Shown: one piece after another, positions 26,711 to 39,362 of the stretch | Numbering within the stretch: the stretch's first letter is position 1 | Layout of the letters: every line of letters begins with the position of its first letter | Source: Haliotis rufescens | Taxonomy: Eukaryota | Direction of reading: 5' to 3' | NCBI RefSeq assembly: GCF_023055435.1 | Contig: NW_025964334.1 | Location: forward strand, 5,704,001-5,768,000 | Length of the DNA: 64,000 nucleotides | The notes under the pieces: model-generated | Told to the model about the DNA's origin: nothing | The model's database searches: none | What the model saw: the letters and a program-made list of their open reading frames with translations, nothing else | Program-made: the position numbers and the translations under genes

Positions 26711-26975
26711 TGGTTGGTTGATTTGTTGTTCAACGCCGCACTCAGCAATATTCCAGCTATATGACGGCGGTCTGTAAATAATCGAGACTGAACCATACAA
26801 TCCAGTGATTGACATCATGAGCATCAATCCACGCAATTGGGATCGGTGACATGCATCAACCAAGTCAGCGAGCCTGACCACCCAATCCCGTTAGTCGCCT
26901 CTTACGACGAGCATAGTCCCCTTTTACGGCAAGCATGGGTTGCTGAAGACCTATTCTACCCGGATCTTCACAGGC
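26711..26975 (-). mobile_element. Retroposon family B, full length
   Basis: Perfect 13-bp TSD catgtcaataagt; empty site at 52624-52636. Confidence 0.95.
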
Positions 26976-27228
26976 CATGTCAATAAGTAATATGTGTGAT
27001 GTATTTCCAGGACCAAGGACTAGCACCAATGTCTGGTGAATGTTTAATATGTACATTATATTCCGGCAATATCACTGGAAATATGACAGTCAAGCCTAGT
27101 TTGACCTGTGAGTGATAGCATGAGCATCTGTCAACCAGAACACATTGTAGCCATCCAATACTCACAAGGACCAATGTGCTATGACAAGAAAATATAAACA
27201 AATAATTGAAAATATTTTTTTGTCATTA

Positions 27229-27677
27229 AGTGAGTGAGTGAGTGAGTGAGTGAGTGAGTTGGGTTTAACGCCGCTTTTAACAGTATTCCAGTTATATCGC
27301 GGCGTGTCCACTTTAATGTGGGAGGAAAGCCCGAAGTGATGCAAGTCTCGGACATTTACCACTTTGTTGAAACCCACGAGCATGCGGCGCCTTAGACGAC
27401 TGGGCCACAGTATTCAGTTACCGTAACTGACGTAATAAGCGCCCAGGGCGCTCTCAAAATTAGAATTAGGGGGCTCTTATTAGAATATTTTTTTGAGTTG
27501 AAACAGAAATATTTTTCAAGGATTTAATTGCCCATTATTAAGGGTGCATAAAACATACGAGTGCGTATTATATACGAATAAATAAGTCTTGAAATTGAGA
27601 TTGTTCACCAGCCAATATATTAGGAAATATCGCCGTTGGTGCTTATTAGAGCAGGGCGCTTATTACGTCGAATACGG
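27229..27677. mobile_element. Deleted SINE C (27229-27408) followed by MITE F (27421-27677)
   Basis: Homology to other copies; TA-flanked TIRs. Confidence 0.85.
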
Positions 27678-28160
27678 TATATCAAGGCATGTCAGCTTGA
27701 TGTGGGGGGAATGCCCGAAGTGATAAGCACCTGAAAGCAAGATGGACAGTCTCATCAGTAGATAAATTGTACTAATCCTGCCTCAGCTCACAGCTGATCC
27801 ATCAGGGTACCAGATCAACTTCATGTCGTACTCATTAACATCACTGATCAATTATTTACATAGCTGTAATCACATCAAAGAAAATCAATATATTACCATG
27901 ATATACTGTCCCTGAAAGTATTTCCCCGAATTCATCTCTCCCAGCAGGGAGAAGCATTTTTGAAGCATGTTCTGGATATCGATCAGCTTCAGTTTACTGA
28001 CTTTTAATCAGACTCACAAGGGTTGATATGCAGAATCCACTTCAACAATCAGAAGGGGGAAAAAACACTCTCCTACCCAGAGTTCCATGCAGACATCATA
28101 GTGCCTCTGCCACATGCCAGCACCATGTAACATTCGTAACATTCGTAACATCTTACAGTC

Positions 28161-28315
28161 CAGCGTTAGAAATTGGCACCAGTCCTATAGTCCTTGCCAA
28201 ACTGCTCAATGGTTAAGGTATCATAAGAACATGTCGAAATTTGCCATTATTAAGGGTTTTGCTATAAGTTATCATTATAATGACTAGTGGACAAAAACTG
28301 TTAGTTCTACCACTG
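28161..28315. mobile_element. MITE family E
   Basis: TSD cagtc; uninterrupted homologous site near 17030-17050. Confidence 0.9.
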
Positions 28316-29391
28316 CAGTCTCTTCAAAATATTGCATATGTTTTTCGTCTGTTTCATTTTTGACAAGTCTACACATCCAGATAAACATATGGCTTAGAAT
28401 TGTTAACTTTCATTTCAGAAAATATCCTAAGCTGTGAAAAACTATTTCCATTTGCGTAGTTATCCTTTGTTTACATTGGTTGTATGGCTCCAGTTGTGCT
28501 GTCATCGAAGCCCTACTGAGAGCTAGCGATCTGGTCACATTGATGTATAAATATATATACAGTTGTATTATCATATTTAAATAATTATGCAAAACAATGT
28601 GTAAAGCACCCCAAAATACTTGCATCTGGCTAACCTGTTCTGATTTCGTTTGATTACAAACGAGAGAGAAGTCTGATCACGTGATATGCAAATTAGCCTG
28701 TGGCAGTGGTGTAACGATAAGTCACCACTGCGCCGGAGTGTGGGAAGAGAATAGTTTCGGGACCTTTCAGTCATGTTTATAGTAACTTCCTGTGCAGTGT
28801 TGTGAAACAGTAAAATATTTCGGGGAACTCTTCCAGTAAAAGAACCAATACTTCCCTTACATCATGTGATGACTGAGTTCAGTTTCAGTCCAGAAACATC
28901 ACAAGGGACATCAAGAAAGAGCCATGAATTTATGTGGACTTCAAAATCATTGACACCATAACAATTAGACTATTAACTGACTTCACACCAAAATGTTTGT
29001 TTGTGGGTTGTTTAACGCCGCACTTAGCAGTATTCTGCCTTTATGACGGCAGTCTGTAAATAATCGAGGCTAGGCTACTCTACTGCCCCTTGTCCCTTGT
29101 GAAAATCTAGAGGGACCAGCTACTTTCTCCCAAACTGGTTATAATATAAAATTGTCCGAAATGACTGGACTAGCTGGAATTGACCAATGTCGTCCACCAT
29201 GGTGTCGTGCGTGAACATCTTATAACATCTAATAAGCCTAAATGATAAAGTAGACACAATTTATGAATAGCTTGATAGGCATTATTTAGAAGTTGACGGA
29301 TGACAAAGAAGACACAATTTATGCTTGGTCATAAACAAATCGTAGCTCAGCTAAACTGATGAATAACTTGGGACAGCATTTTCTGTCCCCT

Positions 29392-29560
29392 GCAGTATAT
29401 TCAAATAGATGTCCTAGACCCTTTCTTCTCTATCGCAGTATATTCAAATAGATGTCCTAGGCCCTTTCTTCTCTATCGCAGTATAATCAAATATATATCC
29501 TAGGCCCTTTCTTCTCTATCGCAGCATAATCAAATATATGTCCTGGGCCCTTTTTCTCTT
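29392..29560. repeat. 43-bp tandem repeat, about 4 copies
   Basis: Units start at 29392, 29435, 29478 and 29521. Confidence 0.9.
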
Positions 29561-30467
29561 TTTAGTTTTATCTTTTTCATGAAAAATGTGTTGTGATTGA
29601 ACTTTATGATTTACTAATCTAAAATTGGGAGAGTGTATTTATGATATCAATATCTTTGTCAATGCAGATAATCCATCATTTAGACCTTGGGTACAGCGCA
29701 AACAATTACAGCACACCATATGCCAATCACAAAGTTTGCTTAAGTACTTAGCGGTATTGACAGGATCGCAATCGTTGAAAGTGAGGAAAGTCATAAGGCA
29801 ATCATTCTTCAGAGACACTTCCTGGCAATCCTGTTTTTGCAATCACCTCATCACCTTTGACCTCTACATGAAATACTGATGATGACTTAACTCTTCATGT
29901 ACATAAATCTAAGGTCAGGTTTTTAAGCAATGTGTGGAAAAATGCGAGGGTTTTTGGCTACTTAAGAAATAAACGAGTGGGTGTGGATTAAGGGATGATA
30001 AAACAGAGAATAAACCATGGGGGGCGCAGTGTAGGTTTCTCCCAATACTGAATGTCATATCTCTCCCACATTAGGATGTGATCATTTGACCATTGCGTTT
30101 ATCTACGTTGCCCAGCTACATCTATGGGTAACAACTCACTAGACACTTTCCTCTCAAAAACAACATCGTCCAATTTACGTCATCAAGTTGCAAGCACATG
30201 TTCGAATCTCCAGAAGTGACGTCATGATAGAACAATGTTTTATCGTGAAATAAACCACGCTTCGCTCTTCATTGTTGTAAGCGATTTATCACATACCTAT
30301 CTTATATCTGAAAATAATGGGAGTCTGGGACAGGTAAACATGTTGTTGATAGCATGAGCAACTGGTAAGATGGCACACAGTCAGCCAGATCTCACATTGT
30401 AACTAACACTTGATCTGCATTACCGTGAAGAGTCAGCCCTTATAACAAGAACAGTAGCTGCGGGCAC

Positions 30468-30756
30468 TGTATCCCATCATTCAGTTACCGTATCCTCTCA
30501 TTCATTTATCGTATCCACTCATTCAGTAACCGTATCCTCTCATTCAGTTACCGTATCCTCTCATTCAGTTATTGTATTCCCTCATTCAGTTACCGTATCC
30601 TTTCATTCAGTTATCGTATCCCCTCATTCAGTTACAGTATCCCCTCATTCAGTTACCGTATCCCTTCATTCAGTTACTGGATCCCCTCATTCAGTTACTG
30701 GATCCCCTCATTCAGTTACTGGATCCCCTCATTCAGTTACCGTATCTCCTCATTCG
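30468..30756. repeat. 21-bp minisatellite (gtatcccctcattcagttacc)
   Basis: About 14 tandem units. Confidence 0.95.
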
Positions 30757-31249
30757 TTCCTTGTTTAATACAGGTCTTTCTGTACGTCACACCAAGGGCT
30801 ATTTATCTATATCGATTTCCTGAAACCATAAGGAGGATATCCATCCTGTGAGAATTTCTTGGCAGAATAGATCTCCAACAACTCATCGTTGTCGCAACAG
30901 CTGCCTCGGTAGTTACAATATGTGATGACATGTACTGTTGCTCACTCTATCAAACACTAGTTCGTATACTACTTAATAAATTACATGCTGCCCTGATAGG
31001 GACAATATTGGTGAATGGCATAAAAGATTTATTTATATTCAAATCCAACGTATCTCATCTCCCCTTGAAACAAACCCAGGACAATTTCTGAAATGAGGTC
31101 AAACACGCTGTTTAACTGGTATTTATTTCCTTGTCACCCAGAATAACCACCAACAACACTTGAGGCAGGTGCACGCACCACTTACAGTCATGTATTGATA
31201 TCAGAGGCCACATGCTGCTCTGTTGTAGGGGACTGGTGGGTTGGCTTAA

Positions 31250-31882
31250 CTGCAGAAAACTATCAATACCGTATGCAGAAAACCATCAATACCGTATGCA
31301 GTAAACTATCAATACTGTATGCAGTAAACTATCAATACCGTAGGCAGAAAACTATCAATACCATATGCAGTAAACTATCAATACCTTATGCAGAAAACTA
31401 TCAATACCATATGCAGTAAACTATCAATACCGTAGGCAGTAAACTATCAATACCGTATGCAGTAAACTATCAATACCGTATGCAGAAAACTATCAATACC
31501 GTATGCAGAAAACTATCAATACCATATGCAATAAACTATCAATACCGTATGCAGAAAACTATCAATACCATATGCATTAAACTATCAATACCGTATGCAG
31601 TAAACTATCAATACCATATGCAGAAAACTATCAATACCGTATGCAGAAAACTATCAATACCGTATGCAGTAAACTATCAATACTATATTCAGTAAACAAT
31701 CAATACCGTATGCAGTAAATTATCAATACCGTATGCAAAAAACTATCAATACCGTATGCAGTAAACTATCAATACTATATGCAGTAAACTATCAATACCG
31801 TATGCATTAAACTATCAATACCGTATGCAGTAAATTATCAATACAGTATGCAGTAAACGATCAATACCGTATGCAGTAAACT
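31250..31882. repeat. 23-bp minisatellite (gcagtaaactatcaataccgtat)
   Basis: About 27 tandem units. Confidence 0.95.
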
Positions 31883-33063
31883 GCTTTCATGTACTACATG
31901 TTTCCAACTGAAACTGATCGTGTATATCCTCTGTGAGAGATACATGAAATATATGATTAACTGACAAGAAGTGGCTGCTGAAAGCACCTGATCCCGTTAG
32001 TAGCCTTTTACGACAAACAGTCACCTTTTATGGCAAACATGGGTTGCTAAAGACCTATTCTACCTCAAATCTTCACGGGTCTGCATATATGAGAGTATGA
32101 ATTCATTTGTTAACACTAGTTACACATTTAGGGTTAACAATACACTGGTTCCTTAATAAAAGGCGTAATAAAAAGCAGATATGATGAACTATGTCATGGT
32201 ACACAACAATATTTCCAGAAATATTTCTTAATTTAAACAAAGTAATAACCATAAAAGCATAATTTTGAATTACACTCATTTGAAACCATGAGCATTGATC
32301 GAATTAAATATACAGAATGATGTATTATGAACCATATTACTGAACAGGATATCGTACCTCCCCAGTTAAAGTGTGTGTTTTCCCCATCAGACATATTCAT
32401 TCGTATTGATTTCAGGCAAGGCCTGTACAGCTATCATACAAAAACTATTCATTTAAGAAAGTTGATGTTTATTTTGCCCATCAGTTAGGTATTGTACATT
32501 TAACAGCTGTTAATTTCATCTTTACATCTCAGTTAAACTCCAACTTAGGTTCACATGTTGAACAAATCAAGTTTGATCCTAAACCGGTGATGCTGTCGAA
32601 GTGGGAAAATGTGCTAAGCTTCACTCTACTGTTGGAGCCATGCAGACTGAATTAGCCATGCTAATTTGAGCAATTACAGGCAAGACTTTACTTGCCTCAG
32701 GTGTGGGGAACACCTGTGCCTAACGAGCAGGATTTAGGTAAACTCTGGAACTCTATTTGAGGAGCAACCTGTGTGTTGAATTTTGCTGGTATGACAATAA
32801 TCGAGACAAAGTGTAACATGTAAACACTTTGTACTCTCTGTGATAATACATGCTCACACTCCGATGTGGGAGGCTTGGGCTGGTCACTGAAACTCCTTGC
32901 TGGTGCTGGGAAGGTAGTTGTGAAAAATGGTTGACACTGTCAGTTTAATCCATCTAGTCCACGGCTCTTTTCGGCAAGGGGGAGACAAAAACTTGTCCTT
33001 TACAGTTTCACTTGTCTCTTACCAGCAATGTCTGACCTACTCCATCTTACACGGAACACAACA

Positions 33064-33697
33064 TTTTGTTTCTTTGTTTAATGTGTAACGCCGCACTAGG
33101 GCTGTTACGATTCACTCGTGTATTCGGTGAATCAAACCGTATCCATTCATGAATTGAATTCGGTATTCGTGGCCACAAGAATTGAATATTTATGAATATG
33201 CAATCATGTGCATTTACATACCCTGTACCTAAAATTATCCATAATAACATGTACTATGCATAGATTTCTTCAAAGACAACACTCTTATAACAAATGTTAT
33301 ATTTGGAATAACACTTTCTTAGTAAAGTACAGATCCTCACACTTTTTTGGGTGGCGTCCCATCCGGGATTCGAACCTACACTGCCAGAGTGAGGCAACTA
33401 ATCGCCAGCACACAAAGTCAGCGATCTTACCCACTCAGCCACCTAAATGGCATTGTGAATTCATAGCTTTCGGCCACGGGAGCTGTGCCAATTTACTTTG
33501 AGTGGGTTAGTCTGTAAATTATCAAGTCTGGACCAGACAATCCAGTGATTGACATCACAAGCATAAATCCATGCAATTGGGATACGATGACATGCACCAA
33601 CCAAGTCAGTGACCACCTGACCACCCAATACCATTAGTCGCCTCTTACGATAACCATGGGTTGCTGAAGACCAATTCTACCCAGATCTTCACTGGTC
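33064..33697 (-). mobile_element. Family B copy interrupted by a hAT-like end (from 33097) and a tRNA-derived SINE (about 33310-33446)
   Basis: B tail stops at gccgcac|tagggctg and resumes near 33510; aacacaaca on both outer flanks. Confidence 0.75.
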
Positions 33698-33818
33698 CCA
33701 ACACAACAATGTCTGGCCCTACTCTTATCCTACAAAGTTGAGTTCGCAATTAAGCTAAATCTGCTATTACTTATAGACTTGTAGAATTGAAAACAACTTT
33801 TCCTTAAATATCAACATT

Positions 33819-34450
33819 TAGAGTAAACAGTCATCATCCAAGTCAAAGCACAAGGAAGAATATCAGCACAAAAGGAAACAATAGAGTAAACAGTCATCAC
33901 CCAAGTCAAAGCACAAGGAAGAATATCAGCACAAAAGGAAACAATAGAGTAAACAGTCATCATCCAAGTCAAAGCACAAGGAAGAATATCAGCACAAAAG
34001 GAAACAACAGAGTAAACAGTCATCATCCAAGTCAAAGCACAAGGAAGAATATCAGCACAAAAGGAAACAATAGAGTAAACAGTCATCATCCAAGTCAAAG
34101 CACAAGGAAGAATATCAGCACAAAAGGAAACAATAGAGTAAACAGTCATCATCCAAGTCAAAGCACAAGGAAGAATATCAGCACAAAAGGAAACAATAGA
34201 GTAAACAGTCATCATCCAAGTCAAAGCACAAGGAAGAATATCAGCACAAAAGGAAACAATAGAGTAAACAGTCATCATCCAAGTCAAAGCACAAGGAAGA
34301 ATATCAGCACAAAAGGAAATAATAGAGTAAACAGTCATCATCCAAGTCAAAGCACAAGGAAGAATATCAGCACAAAAGGAAACAATAGAGTAAACAGTCA
34401 TCATCCAAGTCAAAGCACAAGGAAGAATATCAGCACAAAAGGAAATAATA
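33819..34450. repeat. 63-bp minisatellite, 10 near-identical copies
   Basis: Seen directly; produces the spurious 215-aa ORF. Confidence 0.97.
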
Positions 34451-35567
34451 CGTAACATGTTAATACCAACTACTGAGCCCAGCCCACATTAATTACTTTC
34501 ATACATTGAACAGCTACAAGGAGGAACTTGCCATTTCATATAATTATATCCTACAAGTAACTAAACATTCCCATCCATGCTGGTACCTCCGAATAGAGGT
34601 ATTCCATACTTGACCGATTTATGGCAACAGAAGTTCAGTATGTATCCTTCTGTTTTGTACTCATCTGTCGAGTGGGTGGGGAAACTCCATACACTCTTGA
34701 CTCAGCGGACTTCAAACATTGACTCACCGGACGGTTTACGTTTGTTTGGGTCTCTGCTTCTTGTTCACAGATGACCTGGATTTTCTTTGTCCCATTTTCT
34801 GACTTTGAACATTTTCTTGAGAGGAGGCATGACAAGCATACATAAAGGTTCAAGTAACTACCCTACATAAAGACAACTTGATGATCATATGAATTTGTCC
34901 ACACATATTTTAGTTTTTAATTGTACAAAAAGAATATTTATGAAAGCAATATTCAAAGGTGAAAAGTGTTAAAGTAATTAAATTAAGCTTACTGTTAAAT
35001 TCATGTTTTGAATTTTTTTTTCTTACTTTGTCAGGCTTAAACACAGCAAAACACCATCTATCAAACATTTAGTTGTAATTAACTTTACGAGAATCTGTTT
35101 TGCTATTTTTGTTCAACGTATCAATCACATTTTTGCTAAAGATACGACAAGTTAGATAAGATAATATATATAGCATAGCAGAAAACATTCCATTACGGGA
35201 CAGATGCATTATTTAAATGGCAAAACATTATGATTCACACACATACAGACATAAATGAAACATATGATAGATAATTGCTCTGAACAATGACAATGCATGA
35301 GTATGGGCTAGGAATGCTTACTCTATTACTGTATTAGCTAGCCACTGTTAGCAAATGTCCAGCCACATCACAGCAGCGGTCACTAAGAATGGCTCCACAC
35401 ATTGTACCCATACAATCTGTGCCAGAACAGTTTTTGTCTACTTGCCTGCCCTTGAATTTACAAGGTTAAAATTCATTTTTAACATACAGGTTATTTTAGC
35501 TGAGACTAGAACACTAGACCAAATAGATTCCCCAAAACTAAGGTTCAGCCTAATGATTAAATGTGCA

Positions 35568-36247
35568 GTGCCCATGTCGGGAATTGAACCCGGGGCCTTG
35601 GCATGGAGAGTGAGTGATTGATTGTGGTTTAACGCTGCTTTTAGCAATATTCCACCAATATCAGAGCATGGGACACCAGAAATAGACTTCACAAATAGTG
35701 CCCATGTGGGGAATCGAACCCGGGTCTTCAGTCTGCCCATCTGGGGAATTGAACCCGGGTCCTAGGCATGTTGAGTGAGTGAGTGTGGTTTAAAGCTGCT
35801 TTTAGCAATATTCCACCAATATCACAGCAGGGGACACCAGAAATGGGCTTCACATATTGTGCCCGGAATCAAACCCGGGACTTCAATCTGCCCATCTGGA
35901 GAATTGAACCCGGGTCCTAGGCATGTTGAGTGAGTGAGTGTGGTTTAAAGCTGCTTTTAGCAATATTCCACCAATATCACAGCAGGGGACACCAGGAATG
36001 GGCTTCACATATTGTGCCCGGAATCAAACCCGGGACTTCAATCTGCCCATCTGGGGAATTGAACCCGGGTCCTAGGCATGTTGAGTGAGTGAGTGTGGTT
36101 TAACGCTGCTTTTAGCAATGTTCCACCAATATCACAGCAGGGGACACCAGAAATGTGCATCACATATTGTGCCCATGTGGGGAATTGAACCCGGGTCTTC
36201 AGCGTGACGAGCGAACGCTTTAACCACTAGGCTACCCCACCTGCCCC
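35568..36247 (-). repeat. Tandem array (155-bp unit) derived from SINE family A
   Basis: tgcccatctgg recurs at 35734, 35889 and 36044; the array ends in one complete SINE A. Confidence 0.9.
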
Positions 36248-36624
36248 TGGGCATGATGAGGCAATGGCAACTCAACTCGACTCGACCGCCCCTACTGATG
36301 CTGTACACAGTGTACAAACACACCATCATTGCCAAAAGATGTCATAACAGGAAGTCAAGAAGAAAGGTGACCTCTAGCAAAGGTCATGGCACTAAAATGC
36401 AGCTGTGGGAGGGTTATAATTTCCAGTCAGCAAACATTGTATAATGTCATTTCACGATATGAACTGAGTGACTGCTACATAACTAGCTATAAATAAGCAC
36501 ACACTTTCCTGGTTTGTTTAAACAAGTATTGATAAAGAACACTTTCACCTGAAAAACACATTTCAAAAGCAATCAGTCACTTTGAAGAATCTTGCAACAA
36601 ATTTGGGTTTACATGCGTTTTGGA

Positions 36625-36780
36625 GTGAGTGAGTGAATATGGTTTTACTGTGCATATTAAAGCACCACGGCAAGGGACACCAGAAATAGGCCTCAAACGT
36701 TTTACGCATTTGGGGAATCGAACCTGGGCTGTTGGCGTGACAAGCAAATGCTTAACCACTAAGCTACCCCACCACTCCCC
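36625..36780 (-). mobile_element. SINE family A
   Basis: Diverged copy with gttttgga on both sides. Confidence 0.85.
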
Positions 36781-36906
36781 AGTGTTTTGGACCTAAGAGA
36801 CTGAGAAAGGTGGTTGATAAGCATGATGAATGATCCAGTATGTTTCAGTGCCATGATACACAGTCAGTCAGCCACACACTGTACCCACCTGATCCTCATT
36901 ACTGAC

Positions 36907-37479
36907 TAGGGATGGGTATTGGAGGTTTAAAGTATATCACAATATATTGCAATGCACAAGGCTGTATTGGGATACATATCAACATATATTGTATAATTCT
37001 AAATTTTTAATTCAGAAGCAATCTGATACATTAAGGTATGACCTGAAATTCATCAATTTAACAAAACAAGAGGTCCCGGATGCTCGCTTATACCGATGCC
37101 GATATACTGGTAATACCTCACACCCTTATTCACGACAAGCCTATTCTGTCTCGACATGTAAGTGGACAACTAATATTTTCAGGTAGTTCACTTTTTCATA
37201 TGATGTAGGTAACAAACACTAGTAACCCAACACATCATACATCCCCACACGGCTCCTGAAATCACCTCATCACTTCTTCCTATCCGACTTTGAACAAAAT
37301 TACTGAATGTAAAAACAGGCATATATATATATATACTAGACACCTGCACAAAAAATAACAAATTGATTAAAAGCGTACATTATCCTTTATCTAGCAAGCA
37401 CCTGCTGCTGCTGCTGATTTGAAAAATATCATAAAATTGATTTCATGAGAAAGCCAAGATAACACAATACCCATCCCTA
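36907..37479. mobile_element. hAT/Ac-like MITE
   Basis: Perfect 15-bp TIR tagggatgggtattg; TSD not recognisable. Confidence 0.6.
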
Positions 37480-38114
37480 TGTATACAGTCACAGTATTCA
37501 CCATACCACCACAACACAATACATTCAGACTGTTAAGCTTAGCTACTGTCCACAACAGTGAGCTACAAGTTTGAACGTTGTGACAGCAAAGAGCTCTGGC
37601 ATCATGAAACAGTCCTCTGCTACTTGGTTACGCACACAAACACACTCATCTCGTACAAACCGTACATGGTTTTCAATTTGTATGGCAACCAGTTACAAAC
37701 AAACAGGGTAACATATTCATTATACCAAAGGAAACTTCACATTAATATTTAGATAAATTTCAAAGGACTTTCAAAGATAAATGTATAAAATAATTTGACA
37801 AACTTTGAGATTGGTGTGGATTTTCTAACCCCCACCAAAGAAAGGTGAAGCAACGAGAACATGGTGGTAAGATCTACATTATCTCCACTTATCTACTGTT
37901 GACATATTTTCTAACATATCCTCGTAAACAATTCCACTTAACTTGTTTCTGGTTTGATAGGAGCACACTGACAGCTTTCTTAAGATGTCTAACAGAGGTA
38001 GATACTGCTCTGGTAAATTGTAGCTCTTTTCACTTATGTACCAGAGAGGATCCCATACCTTATTTTCTAAGCTGGAAGGGACAGCAAGGCTTAGCTTCAT
38101 TTTCTGTGCCTCAG

Positions 38115-38610
38115 TAGGGATCTGATCCCCAACATTGGTACTGAATGGGCCATCCCTATAGGGATCAGACCCCTAAATTGGGCACTAACTGTCCCAGTTT
38201 GTTCCTCTTAATGGATCTAATCCCTTAGGTTAGGCCTGACTGGGCCATTTTGTTCTTCTATAGGGATCTGATCCCCTAAATTGGGCTCTAACTGTCCCAG
38301 TTTGTTCCTCTGAATGGATCTAATCCCTTAGGTTAGGCCTGACTAGGCCATTTTATTCTTCTATAGGGACCTGATCCCCTAAATTGGGCCCTAACTAGGC
38401 CATTTTATGCCTCTGGAAGGATCTGATCCCCTAAATTGTTCCCTAACTGGGCCATTTTGTTCCTCTGAAAGGATATGATCCCCTTAATAAGGCTTGACAG
38501 GGCCATTTTGTTTCTCTGTAGGGATCCCATCCCCTAAATTTGGCTCTTACTGTGCCAATTTGTGCCTCTGAATGGACCTGATACCATAAATAAGGCCTGA
38601 CTGGGCTAAC
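38115..38610. repeat. About 51-bp minisatellite with an about 102-bp dimeric sub-structure
   Basis: Recurrent gggatctgatcccctaaattggg..aactgggccattttgttcctct. Confidence 0.85.
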
Positions 38611-39362
38611 CACTATGAATCTCAACTGCCCCCACAATAGATGCATGAAACTATCTCTTTGTTCACAGGACCTATAATGAAGCCACATGACCCCGCTGAA
38701 TGGGCGCAGCTAGTAAAACACATTCACCTTAACTCAACAAGACTATGTACAGAATGTTCAATGATGTATAGCTGTCTGTCCTGCCTGTCCTACTGACTTA
38801 AGCCAAGTAATGACTTCATTTACCAGCAGAACTGAAAAGGATGACTTACAACTAATGTTGGCGTGCCATACAAAGACTTGTTTGCTGTTTGATCTGATAA
38901 GAAATGATCAATGAATCGTGACGACAGATTTCTATATCTATACAGTAAGGATTTCAATGGCTAAAAACATCTCGTGGGCTTATGTTTAGCAGATACTTGT
39001 TTACGCCCACAGCTTGACATTAACAAGCAAAGAAAAAGATCATGTGGTCAATGGGCCTGTTTCACACACACCCTTCTTTTGTAATCCTGTTCAACACTGC
39101 ATTCATTCTTATTGTTTACAAGGTATAATTTTCTACAAAACGTTATAAAATTAGACCCCATTCCACAAAGTGATCTTTGCGCTACGACTATTTTAAGTCT
39201 AGAGTAAGGGTATTCAATCGTCTCAGCAAAGATCACTTTCGAGTATAAGGGGCCTGTTGTTTGACAAATGTTGATAGACCTAACCGATGACACAGCCGAG
39301 TATCGAACGACTGTCCTTCCGCTCTCCAGGCAGACTCTATCCACTAGACCAGAGTACTGATC

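Noticed and set aside
33811-34458. 215-aa ORF
   Set aside because: Translation of a 63-bp tandem repeat; open only because the unit length is a multiple of three.
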